59,544 nt of DNA from assembly GCF_001194135.2 (NCBI RefSeq), contig NC_068983.1, forward strand, positions 2,174,184 through 2,233,727. The letters are read 5' to 3'. Every line of letters starts with the position of its first letter. Positions within the stretch are counted from its first letter, which is position 1. The notes under the pieces are model-generated. The model worked only from the letters and a program-made list of their open reading frames with translations, searched no databases and was not told the DNA's origin. A program made the translations under genes and the position numbers. This stretch comes from Octopus bimaculoides. Taxonomy: Eukaryota. Of the stretch, positions 22,900 through 35,789 are shown piece after piece.

Positions 22900-24075
22900 C
22901 TTATACAACTACATTTCCACTTTCCTACATGTACCCACTCACCGTTGCCTCAACCGCGCGAGTTGTATTTTGGTGAGACGTTGGTCTGCTGCTTCTTGTA
23001 AATATCGGTTGACATTTCTCTGTATTTCTTCAGTTTCGAACCCAGCGTAATATATTCCATTCCTAATAAACACTACATGATCTACAAATAGTTACTCACT
23101 GAGAATAAGTACTCACATATCATTACAATTATCGTTTCCATCATTCATTCCTTAAATAATATTCCACTCCTGTTTTGTTTATTTCCGTTACGTCTTTGCA
23201 CGCCAATAACAAAATTCCGTTGCAAAGCTGCAGACTCACTTCTATAAAAAAGCGTTTCCAGGTTCATTGATGTTGGTGTTGAAGTAAAATTTGACGTGTT
23301 TATTTGCGTTGAAACACCATCTCTATGACTAATGACTCATGAATAAAAAAAGGTTCTCTTCACCGTGGTATAATGGAAACACTGACCCCCGCACCCACCG
23401 CCTAAATGTAGAGTCATTGTTTCAGTATGGACAACACCTGTTCAGAGGTGTTCTAACAATGCTTAAAGTGAACTTCCAAAACCATATTGAGGCTGTGTTT
23501 CCATACGAACCAGTAACTTATCCTTCGTAGATCACATAAGGCTTTTGATTACGGCCCATAACTTCCAGTAGTTGGATTCTGTCGTCTTTGGTAAACATAA
23601 ATCGGGGCGTAATATGCTTTCGAGTTTTTCTGTCAAGCTTCTGTATGTCGTTTCTGGTCCATTCTACAATTCTAACTCCATATCTGATTAGGAGTACTCC
23701 TCTAGAATTTATTGCTTCGATAACGGTTTCTGAATTTAGCTTGACGGCAATAATTTTCCTTCTGTACTCCCTACTAGTAATTTAATTCATTTCTTAAATT
23801 TATTTTGTTTCGTCTGCATCCAGTATCCCCAAATATTCACACCACTATCCTTTCTCAATCGCTTATATTCTTTGCCCATTTGGCATTTCAATTCCCTGAC
23901 TTCCTTCAAGTATTCCGCGTTTCATTTTCAACATAGCGCATTTTTCGATCGCAAACTCAATACTTACATCATTGCAGAAAATGCGAATAATATGTATAAG
24001 ACATTCAAGCTATTTCTCATTTTTCGCATAAATCTTTATATCATTCATAAAAAAGTGGACGATTTATGTTCCCAA
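22900..24075 (-). mobile_element. R4/Dong-type retrotransposon RT core to C-terminal region (degenerate)
   Basis: 23560-24070 reads FMNDIKIYAKNEK*LECLIHIIRIFCNDVSIEFAIEKCAMLKMKRG..YLGILDAD..LNSETVIEAINSRGV..RYGVRIVEWTRNDIQKLDRKTRK, typical of the R4/Dong RT (LFMDDLKLY). The distal part is weaker. Confidence 0.85.
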
Positions 24076-24099
24076 ATCCTTTAGTCATTCATAGTTTCA

Positions 24100-24767
24100 T
24101 ATTTTCGGAAATGTTTCATACTTTCATTAACCATTTTTCCATATTTTCTGCCACTCTAAACATGCTCATTGGAATCATTTGTCCTAAGCTCTTCCAGCGC
24201 AGCAGAGATAAGTGCTTCTCTCTCAGACTTCAACTCTCTCTTCTATGGCCAGGACCACCTTTCATCCACACTTGCATTCCTTGTTACGTCTCTCGCAAAC
24301 TGCTGCTACGTCGTTTTTATTTCCATTTCTATTGTCTTACCCTTTTAAATTTTGTTTTGTACACCTCTATCTGCTTGCAACCACCTGTCCTGAATATACC
24401 GAATATTCTCACCTGAACCACCAAGTGCCCTACGGCATTCTTAATATATCGTCCTAAGTTATTTTCTTCTCAGAATATGCAATATTCACATCTGATTTTC
24501 CATCAGACGTCATTGTAGCAGGTTACATCGAACCTGTCGATGTCGTTGTTTTCGTAATTTCCCGTCCAGACTCTGTAATTCCACTCCCTTCAGTTGCTAA
24601 CATAAGCACCTTACCAAAACAATGCAATCACACTTACATTCCTTCCTTGAAACTTATCTCTCGCGTTCAGTTTTGACCGCTGCACCAGTCTAAGACATCG
24701 GAGATTTTCTTACCTAAAGCTTTTCTTTTATTTCGTTTTCCATCACTTCATTTATCTCCAAATATTT

Positions 24768-24768
<1 letters not shown>
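24100..24768 (-). mobile_element. R4/Dong-type retrotransposon fragment (post-RT thumb to CCHC region), 5' end abutting a GAT repeat
   Basis: KYLEINEVMENEIKEKL..SKLNAR..ELQSLDGKLRK..LGRYIKNAV..QQFARDV..WSW..LKSEREALISAA..LRTN. Confidence 0.75.
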
Positions 24769-24808
<40 letters not shown>

Positions 24809-24925
24809 TATCATCACCATCATCATCGTCATCGTCATCATCATCATCATCATCATCATCTTCCCCACCATCACCACCACCACCACCACCACCACCACCA
24901 CCACCATCACCATCACCATCATCAC
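24768..24925. repeat. (CAT)n/(CAC)n trinucleotide microsatellite
   Basis: Directly visible; explains ORF 24714..24929. Confidence 0.97.
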
Positions 24926-25514
24926 TCAAGTAAATGTACGCGTATGAGGCAGAATTGGTTAAGAAATTGATCTTGTGACAAGTATTTATTGAAAAGAGAT
25001 ATTTCCTCTGAACTGCAATTCTGGAATGTTGACAGAGTCTTTCGTATTAATTAAGAATCAACACCAATTTCCTGGAACGGAAAAAAAAGGTCATCTTGGC
25101 AGTATTTTATTTAACCGCATCTTTTCGCCATATTCCCGTTAGAAATATTTCCCCCTGCGGAAAGTTGAATATGCAAAATATTATTTCTGTAATTCATGTC
25201 AGGAAAAAGGAAGAACTGTTGTTCTATACGCCTGCGCACAAATTAGTTTCCCCTATGCATGGGGAAAACAGAAAGGTTATGGACAAATACGTTTGGTCTG
25301 TCATCAAGTCAAATGCAAGCGCCGCACAAAATATCTCCGTATGACTACTTCCTGGTTTACGTTGTATTTACCCCTCACTTAATGAACGGGTCAGAGAGTA
25401 TTCTGATTTATAGGACAGAGAATAATACTCAGATGTAATATGTTAAGGTCACTTAATGCTTTTTCTAGTTGGAAGGAAAGGAAAATCAAAATGGAAAATT
25501 CAGAAGACTAAAAC

Positions 25515-26058
25515 CCAAAACTAATTACCGAACTAGAAGTGATCGAACACAATTTCATAAAGAAGACAGACTCAGTAAAACCTATGGGTAACCGTGAGAG
25601 ATTGAGGCAACTGGGACTCTACTCAATGGAAAGGAGACGTGAGAAATATACGGGGCAATACATGTGGAAAATAATGGAGGGTCTGGCCCCAAATTTCGGA
25701 ATTGAAATCTGCATGAATCCCCGAACTGAAGGGCGCAGCACTGTACCAAAGGTACCATCTTCTCCATTGAGAATACGAATTCAATATTGTAATAGCTTTG
25801 GATTTAAGGGACCCTACCTCAGAGCTTCAGGGATCTACAAGGTGTAGACATGGAAGTCTTCAAGAAACATCTAGACAGTCTTGTATTTGCAATACCGAAT
25901 GAACCCACTTTGTGGAAGAAGGCAGAAAGTAGAGCGGCAGCGTCCAACTCGCTACTTCCCCAGATACAATACTGGAAAAATCCCAGGACGCAATAAAGGT
26001 CGTGCACCAGCATGACCTCCAGCCACTGGTTGAAACCCACAAAAGATAAAAGATAAAA
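25515..26058 (+). mobile_element. CR1-group LINE, 3' end of ORF2 plus 3' tail (5'-truncated)
   Basis: ELEVIEHNFIKK..RERLRQLGLYSMERRREKY..WKIMEGLAPNFG..YCNSFGFKGP..VDMEVFKKHLD..IPNEPT..RAAASNSL, ending in an (AAAAGAT)n tail. Confidence 0.85.
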
Positions 26059-27261
26059 GTTGTTGATGTGACGCCAACAGCAGATCCGTTTCTCCCAGCT
26101 CCACCGATCGCAATTTCCTCATTTTGGAAACAAGTATAAACAGACGTAGGGTCATATGCATCATGACATCAAATACACAAGGGATGCGCTCTTCCAGGAC
26201 AGAGTTATTCAGAAGCAATGACCAACAGTTGCTCTTCGTTAGGGTACGATGTCGTCGAAGAAGCGAAGGAGATGGTAGAAATTTAGTTTAACCTCGGGGA
26301 CAACAGAAAGAGATAAATGTCGCAAGACAATTACAAGTTATCACTAAAAGCAAATAAGTTTGCCTAGTTCCCATATAATAATAAAGAGGAAGTCTATCCA
26401 CTGACGGTGATTGAACTACGGTTCTATGAATCTAGTGGAGTCGGATAATGTCACAACTGAGAGTACTACGCAAATTGAGGACGGGTTTATCAGTTATTAA
26501 AGTTGATAATGTTTAGTTATTCTCTAGAACGTCCACTGCATTTTTATAAGGAATATAAGTCCACAGTATTTATTCTAGATTCCATCGTATTTAATTTAAT
26601 ATATGGTTGTAAATCAGAAGTTTCATTGGCGACATAATTTGCGAGTCGTTGGAAATCATCAACACAGAAAAGTGAATTTACATCATCGTATCTACCAGTG
26701 GTAATACATACAAACCTGTGTGTATGTATGTGTGTGCGTATGTGTGTGTGAGTATTTGTGTTTTTGTGTGGCCTAATGAATGTTGGTGGTGATAATATTG
26801 AAGCTATCATGTATATCACAACAAGCAATCAAACTCAATAAGAATTCTCTTAATCTTAATCCTTTCTAGGTTTTTCCCGAGATTAATTTCGAATGAAGTA
26901 ATAATTGCCAAGATATTCCCTGTAATGCGATATTAGACGCTGTGAATAGCAATGTGAAACAAAGAAGGAAAAAAAAGAACGAGTCCACTGAAGGTTTTCA
27001 TTGGCTGGTGTTCTTTACATGCAATATCCTTTTCGTGTTAGAGATATCTTCCATCTATACAAAGAATTTGATTATCTAAGAATATGCAATCATGTCATAC
27101 ACCTTTTAGAAAGCGATGCAAGCCATTTCAAGTTGTGTCACAAACTAAAGGAATCCTAGAGAATTGATTTATTTGTCTGTTGCTAATTCCATCTTTGTAT
27201 TTTTTACGTTTGTGTCATCAGTCTACATTCTTTTGTTACCGTAATATACTTTGGCTATGGA

Positions 27262-27262
27262 C

Positions 27263-27314
<52 letters not shown>

Positions 27315-27604
27315 AGGGTGATGACGATGATAATGTTAAGGGGAGAAGAAGAAGAAGAAGAAGAAGAAGAAGAAGAAGAAGAAGAAGAAGAAGAAGAAGA
27401 AGGAGAAGAAGTAGGAGGAGAAGAAGAAGAAGAAGAAGAAGGAGGAGGAGAAGAAGAAGAAGATGAAGAAGAAGAAGAAGAAGAAGAAGAAGAAGAAGAA
27501 GAAGAAGAAGAAGAAGGAGGAGGAGGAGAAGAAGAAGAAGAAGAAGAAGAAGAAGAAGAAGAAGAAGAAGAAGAAGAAGAAGAAGAAGAAGAAGAAGAAG
27601 AAGA
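27262..27604. repeat. (TAG)n followed by a long (GAA/GGA)n purine tract
   Basis: Directly visible; explains the poly-E/R/K/F ORFs. Confidence 0.97.
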
Positions 27605-27999
27605 ATGTCACTTGGTGGCTGATGATATGTACCTCTCTGGTCACGGGCAGAAGTAGTGGAGGAGCATCATAACAATGTGTTGAGAGGAATTCTTTGGGGT
27701 CTGAATAATTCAACTCTGGAAACATGAGTATTTCGTTCAACATGATTAAGCAACCCTTATTCGGGGATCTTTTGATCGGGATGGGCTACTCGACCTGAAG
27801 AAAATTCTAACTGGGTACCACATGCAAGGTCATGCGCTGTTAATCTTGATGTGAGATCACCATGTCATGCACATACGGTTGTGATGCATGTGCCTGGTGT
27901 ATCCTTATCAGACGGGCAGTTATGATGGGTAAATTGGGTTTCATATATTTCTAACCCTGTGTCACTTTGATGACATGCACTGCTCTCTCACTCACTCAC

Positions 28000-28000
<1 letters not shown>
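27605..28000 (+). mobile_element. Unassigned interspersed repeat ending in (TAA)n
   Basis: 27688-27810 recurs nearly identically at 30431-30555. The element lies between GAA and TAA microsatellites and has an internal hairpin CACCA..GCACAT/ATGTGC..TGGTG. Confidence 0.7.
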
Positions 28001-28063
<63 letters not shown>

Positions 28064-28064
<1 letters not shown>

Positions 28065-28758
28065 TATTCACAGACACGACAGAGCTGGGACCTATATACA
28101 CTGGAAGCTATGCCAACATTATGGAATAGCAACAGAAAAAAGATGGTATAAACACACGCCAGAAAAGGTCACAGAAAACGAGAAAGCAACCATACTCTGG
28201 GATATGCCAATACACACAGATAGAGAAATTAAGGCAAATAGACCAGATATAGTTGTCAAAGATCATGAAGAAAAAAAATGCTTTCTAATTGATGTATCAA
28301 TACCAGNNNNNNNNNNNNNNNNNNNNNNNNNNNNNNNNNNNNNNNNNNNNNNNNNNNNNNNNNNNNNNNNNNNNNNNNNNNNNNNNNNNNNNNNNNNNNN
28401 NNNNNNNNNNNNNNNNNNNNNNNNNNNNNNNNNNNNNNNNNNNNNNNACTTTCAAAATACAAAGACCTGGAAATAGAGATAACTCGAATGTGGAATCTAA
28501 AAACAGAAACAATTCCTATCATAGTAGGTGCCTTAGGTATAATAAAAAAATATTCAGACAAATACATAACAAAAATACCAGGACTTACAAATATATATAA
28601 CATACAGAAAATTGCACTACTGGGTACTGCACACATTCTACGCAAAACACTTTCAATACAGTAAACATAAGAGCACCACAGCAAACCACAGCACATACCC
28701 AAGGCGCACAGAGCTGCGCTCGGTAGTGAAGTGAAAGCACGTTATAAAAATAAAACTA

Positions 28759-28761
<3 letters not shown>
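28064..28761 (+). mobile_element. 5'-truncated Dong/R4-type retrotransposon: RLE domain plus 3' UTR, inserted in (TAA)n
   Basis: Open frame on both sides of the gap: YIHRHDRAGTYIHWKLCQHYG..LWDMPIHTDREIKANRPDIVVKD..CFLIDVSIP / LSKYKDLEIEITRMWNLKTETIPIIVGALG..KIALLGTAHILRKTLSIQ* (PD..D RLE motif). TAA arrays on both flanks. Confidence 0.93.
28307..28447. other. Assembly gap (N) inside the RLE ORF
   Basis: N run. Confidence 1.
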
Positions 28762-28814
<53 letters not shown>

Positions 28815-28823
28815 TAATAATTC

Positions 28824-29506
28824 AAAGTCGTAGATTTTGGAGTGACACTGGAGCAAAGACAAGGAGCACAATAAGGATGCTGAATGGTTGCAAGAAATGA
28901 AACAAAAAGTAGTCTGTCCACAACAGGTAGAACTAGTCATTTCAGTTAAGGAAATGAAGGAAATCAGAAAAAAAAATGGGCAACTGGAAGGCCCCGGGTC
29001 CAGATGGAGTTGAAAGGCTGCTGGATCAAAAGATTTGGTGAATGTCTTGCACAACTCACCACCCTGTTAAATGCCGACCAAGTAACACCAGAGTGGTTGA
29101 CAATAGGTAGGACAGTGCTGAGGTGCTCGAAAGAAATCGAAAATGGCAATTATAGGTCGATATCCTGCTTGCCAATTATGTAGAAATAACTGACTGGAAT
29201 ACTCGCATAGCCAATGTACGGACGTCTGAAAAAAAAAATGGAGTCCTGCCACATGATCAGAAGGGGTGCAAGCGTAAGTGCAGATGTACCAACGATCAGC
29301 ACCTGTTAGGTAAGACTGTACTTAGAGACTACAAGAGGAGGAAAACCAACTTAGCAATGTCACGGAACGACTATACTGAGGTGTACGATATGATCCCACA
29401 TTCTTGGATTAAGGAGTGTATGAACCTGTTCGGTATTGCATCGAATGTTGAGCGGTTGCCTGGAAAGAGTCTGGCGAAGTGGAGGACGGAGCTGAGAGTC
29501 CCACGA
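28824..29506 (+). mobile_element. R4/Dong-type RT N-terminal fragment
   Basis: FWSD..KEHNKDAEWLQE..NWKAPGPDGV..WIKRF..PEWLTIGRTVL..NYRSISCLP..LPHDQKGCKR..DY..YDMIPHSWIKECMNLFG..KWRTEL. Confidence 0.88.
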
Positions 29507-29660
29507 AAGTAAGCGTTCTAATTTTGGTTTTACTTGTAATATTTACTCGTATTTAGTTTGTAGTTAAATGTGTAATCGATATATTTGTGTTGTTGCTGGA
29601 TAGGTTTTGTTTCCAGCTTAGATTTTATATTTTTCAATTTAATGTCTCTAAATGCAAAGT

Positions 29661-29910
29661 GTTGGCAGAACCGTTAGCGCATCAGACACAATAATTAGTG
29701 GTATTTCGTGCACTCGTTATGTTCTACGTTCAAATTCTGCGGACGTCGTACTTGTCTTTCATCTTTTAAGGGTCGATAAATAGTACTTATTTCATCGACA
29801 CGAAAGGGTAAAAGGCAAAGACGAACCCCATCGGAAATTGAACACAGGGCGTAAAAACGGACGAAATGCCCTTAAGCAATTCTCACGGCTTGCAAACGAT
29901 TCTACCAGCT
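29661..29910. mobile_element. Tail-to-tail inverted dimer of SINE family A 5' halves
   Basis: Plus-strand head 29661-29784 and minus-strand head 29785-29910 are fused at the AGTACT palindrome (29782-29787). Confidence 0.8.
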
Positions 29911-30063
29911 CATTGTCTTACATATACAATACTGGTTTCAAATTTGGGCACAATGCCAGAACTTTGGGGGTAAGTCGATTACATCGACCAAGTGCTCATA
30001 TATATATATATATATTATGTATGTATGTATGTACGTACGTACGTACGTATGTATGTTTATATA

Positions 30064-30120
<57 letters not shown>

Positions 30121-30130
30121 NNNNNNNNNN

Positions 30131-30188
<58 letters not shown>

Positions 30189-30201
30189 TATTCAATATGT
30201 A

Positions 30202-30430
30202 AAGGTGCATCGGTTAGTGATTAGGGTATTCAACTCATGACTGTAAGGTCATGAGTTCGATTTCCAGTGGCGTATTGCGTCTCTTATTTCACGTTGCTCC
30301 AGTCCACTCAGCTGGTAAAAGTTAGTTGGACCTCTAATTCAAAGGGGTCGCTCTTGTCACATTCTGCCTCACAACGAACCTCCCAGAGAATAACGTTTAG
30401 AGTAGGTGTATTTGTGGCATGTTGGGCCAC
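30202..30430 (+). mobile_element. SINE family C, 3'-truncated and fused to the unassigned repeat at 30431
   Basis: tRNA-like head (GGTTAGTGATTAGGG..GAGTTCGATTTCC) and body match 50086-50375 up to GCCAC. Confidence 0.8.
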
Positions 30431-30956
30431 GAATTCTTTGGGGTCTGAATAATTCAACTCTGGAAACATGGGTGTTTCGTTCAACATCGTCAAGCAACCC
30501 TTATTCAGGGATCCTTTGATCGGGATGGGCCACTCGACCTGAAGAAAAATCTAATAGACAATGATAATGAAATTAAAATGGAGCGGGGGGAAAACGAGAT
30601 AGCGTAGCCACGTTTAATCATACCGTTTAATGCGTTCTCACTGATTAGCAGAAGGTAACTGCTTTTCTCAAACACACTGACTTCCGTATACCCTAATAGC
30701 TGTAACCATCATCACTACCAACAACATCAACAATATCAGAGAATGGATCTGTCAAGTGAATCCGCTGTAGCGCTACTATCTTCTTGAAACAAATCTTCAC
30801 GACACTGTATTCATCCCGTACACATCACCAGCCTCAATATTCATTCAATATGAACATAACCACCACCACCAACAACATCACACCATTCGGGAATATATCT
30901 TTGGAGAACGAGAGAGATTTGGCAGCAATCACGAGCAGACAGTCGAGTAATAATGG

Positions 30957-31420
<464 letters not shown>

Positions 31421-32010
31421 ACTCACTCATGTTGTGTATTCACTAAGTGATTAATTAAAAACCAATTTCCACAAACTATTTTTCATTTAGAAAAATAACA
31501 ATATAAAAGTTTTGCTGTACCTTGGGCTGATTCATGTCATGTATTAGAGATAAAATGAGGTAGGAATCGTGTTTATGTTGCATTTTGCTTTTTGCTGTTT
31601 TTCATGTTTGTGTTTTCTTTTGGGGTTTCTTTGTTTTGTTTTGCAAACACTGCTTGCACCAGCATAAGCACCCAAAAATCTGTCACGTGACACTCGTTCA
31701 CAGAAAACGGCTGGTTTCTCTAATAACACATGATTATTTTGTAATTTTGTAAGGCGTTGGAAGACATCTTGTTATACAGGTTTAAGGAGAAATTTAAAGG
31801 TTTCAACGATAAACGATACATACTAAATGTGTAAGTAAGGGACTGTCGGAAAGCTCTGAAGAATATAATAATAAGGGTCGTTACTGTCTCATGCCTTTAT
31901 TACTGAATTAAATTCATATGCGTTTTCGTAGTTTGGGACGGTCATTCTACCAAAATAAACATACTTTCTGATTGTAGTTTATACTTTATTGTTAAATATA
32001 CTCAGCTTTT

Positions 32011-32011
<1 letters not shown>

Positions 32012-32060
<49 letters not shown>

Positions 32061-32106
32061 TGTGTGTGTGCGCGCGTGCGTGTGTATGTGTGTGTGTGTG
32101 TGTGTG
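32012..32106. repeat. (TG)n microsatellite
   Basis: Directly visible. Confidence 0.97.
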
Positions 32107-34697
32107 ATTTTTTGACAGAACTTCTTTCTCAAATAACAATATGTACACACGATGCACATCAACAAAATTGTGAAAAATAGACAAACATGAATTGGTCTTA
32201 TGTATAATCAAAATCTTGTTATTTGTCAATTTTCTTAAAGTAATTTCCTTCAATTGGTTTTTAATTACTAAATTTCCGATTTCATAAACAGATATGTGTG
32301 TGTATGTGTGAGTGTGTGTACTTATGATTTGTATATACTTTCATATATGTATATGCATGTATATGTATACGCAAACATATATGGATATGTTTGCGTGTGT
32401 GTTATCAAAGAAATTCATTCTTTAAAATATATTTTCTATAAAATAACCATATCAAAGAAATTAATTAGGTGTAAATTTTAAAATAAAATATGCCAATCCC
32501 TATGAATGTGTGTGTATAGGAGCGTGTGCATGTGTATACGTATGAATATTAATAGTATGTGTGTGTGTGTTTTAGACGTGTAACACAGCAAACGACTATG
32601 GAATTTATGATGTAATAATATATTTTTCTACAATCGAATCTCAAATTCAGTCGGATATTCGATATACACCTCTGTAATATATTCAAATGCATAGAAAAGC
32701 AAAGGAGAGATCGGAGATCAGACGATGTCTAATACAAGATTGAAATTTGAACATACATGGAGCAAGATTTGTCCGCTCGCTGTGACACTCAGCTGTGTTA
32801 TGTCAATTGAGCGTGTTACTAAAGTAGTTTCATCCCGTCGATGGCACGTGACTCGAAGGTGGAGGTAATTTTGTCATTTGGAAGTGGCACTTCACCGCTT
32901 TCAGTTTAGTGATGGCTACAGTTCTTTTGATATCTGCTGCAAGAATTTATGTGCATTTGAAAGTGTTTCCATTACCAACTGTTGTTTTAGAGTTGACGCT
33001 TTGTTGCGGCCTTTCTCCCTCTGTTTAATATTGGTTAGCTGTTGCCCGTGACTTGTCGAGATTTTTGTAATTTTACACAGAAACATTTTCAATGTATATA
33101 AAGTTAGGAAGTACAATGGCGAATGTTCTTTATTTGGTATCTTTTGATGATTATGTATTTGTGTAATTATTCAGTAACATGTATCGAAGTGTGTGTGTAT
33201 GCACGCACGCGCGTGTATGTCTGTCTGTCTATGTGTTCGCGCACAGACGAGAGCTGTTATTTCGCATTTGCATCAACCTGCCATTTTATAGAAAACTTGA
33301 CGCATCGATTTTCTTCTTACCATAGATTTTCGTTTTTGCATTAAACGTCAGAATATCTGTCTTTTATCTTCGTTAACGATTGCAGTATATTACACTAAGT
33401 AACAACCTTTTTATGTATTTTGTTTTTCATTTACCAAGACGGCTAAGTTGCAACAGGTATTTGCCTATATGATATCTTTTCCATGATTATTTATTAAACG
33501 TGTCTCACGTGCTGCTGTAATAAATAATAAAATTGTTAATTTGTCATACGCTGAAGACATTTGCAATACAGATTATCTGACATTTGTATAAACTAGGATT
33601 ATCTAGTGAACTTTGTTTTTTGATATTTTAAAAAATAAAAATGGTAAAAAACCTGATCCAATTTTTAATTTTATTAGTCTAATTGAAAATGGTAATTTCA
33701 TGAATTCTACAGTGAGAGAAATGGCCGCTGTGACTTTGAGATACACAGCCACACATAGATGCACAACTACCAACATAATTAAAAGTTACAACTGATAATT
33801 TAATATCACATCTATCAATCATTTACAATTAAATAGAGAATGGATATGGTCCTGAAGCTAAAGCCGTGCTTAAGTAAGATAAGAAGCATATGATTAATTC
33901 ATACCAAGAAATATTTGCTCTGAAATCTAGTTTTATATACTTCATTGAATGTTATTTAATCTGAAGAAAATTAGCGCTTTCCTCATGTGAAAAAAATTCT
34001 TCAAGCTAAATTAGATAAAAGATTTAAATGAAAAATTTTAAATAATGGATCAACTCTGGTACATTTATGTGCATCCAGTGTCGGATGCAAATTTCATCAA
34101 TTTGTGTATATATCGTTCTTCATTTTATTCTGTATACAGTTCCTTGATAATTAGATAGATCGATAGATACATAGATATTTCAGGGTTGTAATTTTGTAGC
34201 AAATTATTGGGTCAGAAATTGTGTATTCAAACTGAAAAAATTATATCGCAGAAAAGTCATTCATGATTTGAATATAGAGGAAGGCGTATTTCGTCATCGT
34301 AGCTACAGGGTTTCGATACCGAAAGAAATATCATTCCATGTGACGATGTGCAGAGGCGGTGGAAGGAGTTTTAACCTTGTTTGGGAACATACACACGGAA
34401 TCCCTAGGGAACATACACACAGAATCCCTACGTAAAGAAACAAAAATAAATAATAAAAAATTAAAAACTATATATGGAGAATGAAAATGATAAAATACAC
34501 ATGAAACGAAAGGTATATGACAAAAAAACAAAATATAAACAATATAAGTGAATGAAAAACAACCGTGGTTCCAAGAATTGATGACGCGGGAGTGCTACGT
34601 TAACAGTACAGCACGGCAGCCGTAGTATGAAAGGCATATAGTAGTCGTCACAATAGAAATGATGACAGAAGAAGAATCCACGCGCCACAAATGAAAG

Positions 34698-34748
<51 letters not shown>

Positions 34749-35789
34749 GGCAGCCTGACCGTGTGCAGAGAATATTATTTGATTTATTGAACAAATGAAC
34801 ACAAACACAAACATAACACTGACAATTTGCATCAGAAGCATATTCATGATGTACTTTAGACTATACGTTAGGATATTAAATAGTATTATACCCGTGGTTT
34901 GCCCCTAGTGGTGAAATATCGTAGGGGAGATAATTCTTTTTAGATTAACTTAATGACGGGATTGGAAATTTAAATCAGAGTAACGAAGAATATTATTTCT
35001 TTTCTTCTTTTTTTTTTGTTTCTTGCATATAAAGGTGTTAAATTTCCCAGTTGTTGGCAGCCATGTATAACATCATTTCACCCTTGTTTGGGAACATACA
35101 TACAGTTCGCCTACGTAAGAAGAAGCAAAACTAATTAAAACTAGAAAGTATATGTTGAATGAAAATCATAAGACGGCATAGCCCGAGACAATTAAATGAG
35201 GCTACATTAAACATTTTATTAAGCCAGACAATCCTAAAAGAGAGAAAGTAGTTTACAAATTAAAACGCATTCATTTTTTTCCATCTACGTCATTGATAGT
35301 TCGACAACAGAGTTAGTAGAGAGAGGAAAAAGATCTTCTTTAATAATCACTTTCTCCCCATGTATCTATATTTCCCACGATATATCTCAGGTCTGTTTAT
35401 TGATCATTATTCTCAAATTTCAATACACAACTCAATTACAAACTTCAAAGAGCACTGAATTTCTTTAAATTATAAGTATCTAAACCTAAGCTACAAGTAT
35501 TTATTTAACATATTTACAGTATCGTTGCCTAATCTTTTATCTCATCAGACTATTTAGCTTTGAGCATAAGTTTTAACATATAAGCTATTCATTTGATTGA
35601 TGTTTTCAATAATGCACCGAAACTTTGCCCCATATAAAAGAGTGGTTAAGATAAGTGGCTAGATGTGTAACGAGGTTTGTTTTAAATATGATATTACAGG
35701 TATTCTAAACCTCTCGTTGTGTTTGCTAACATTTGTGCTTCATTTTTAAAAATGTTTTAGCTTCTTTACTAAACTTAGCAACGTTTGTC

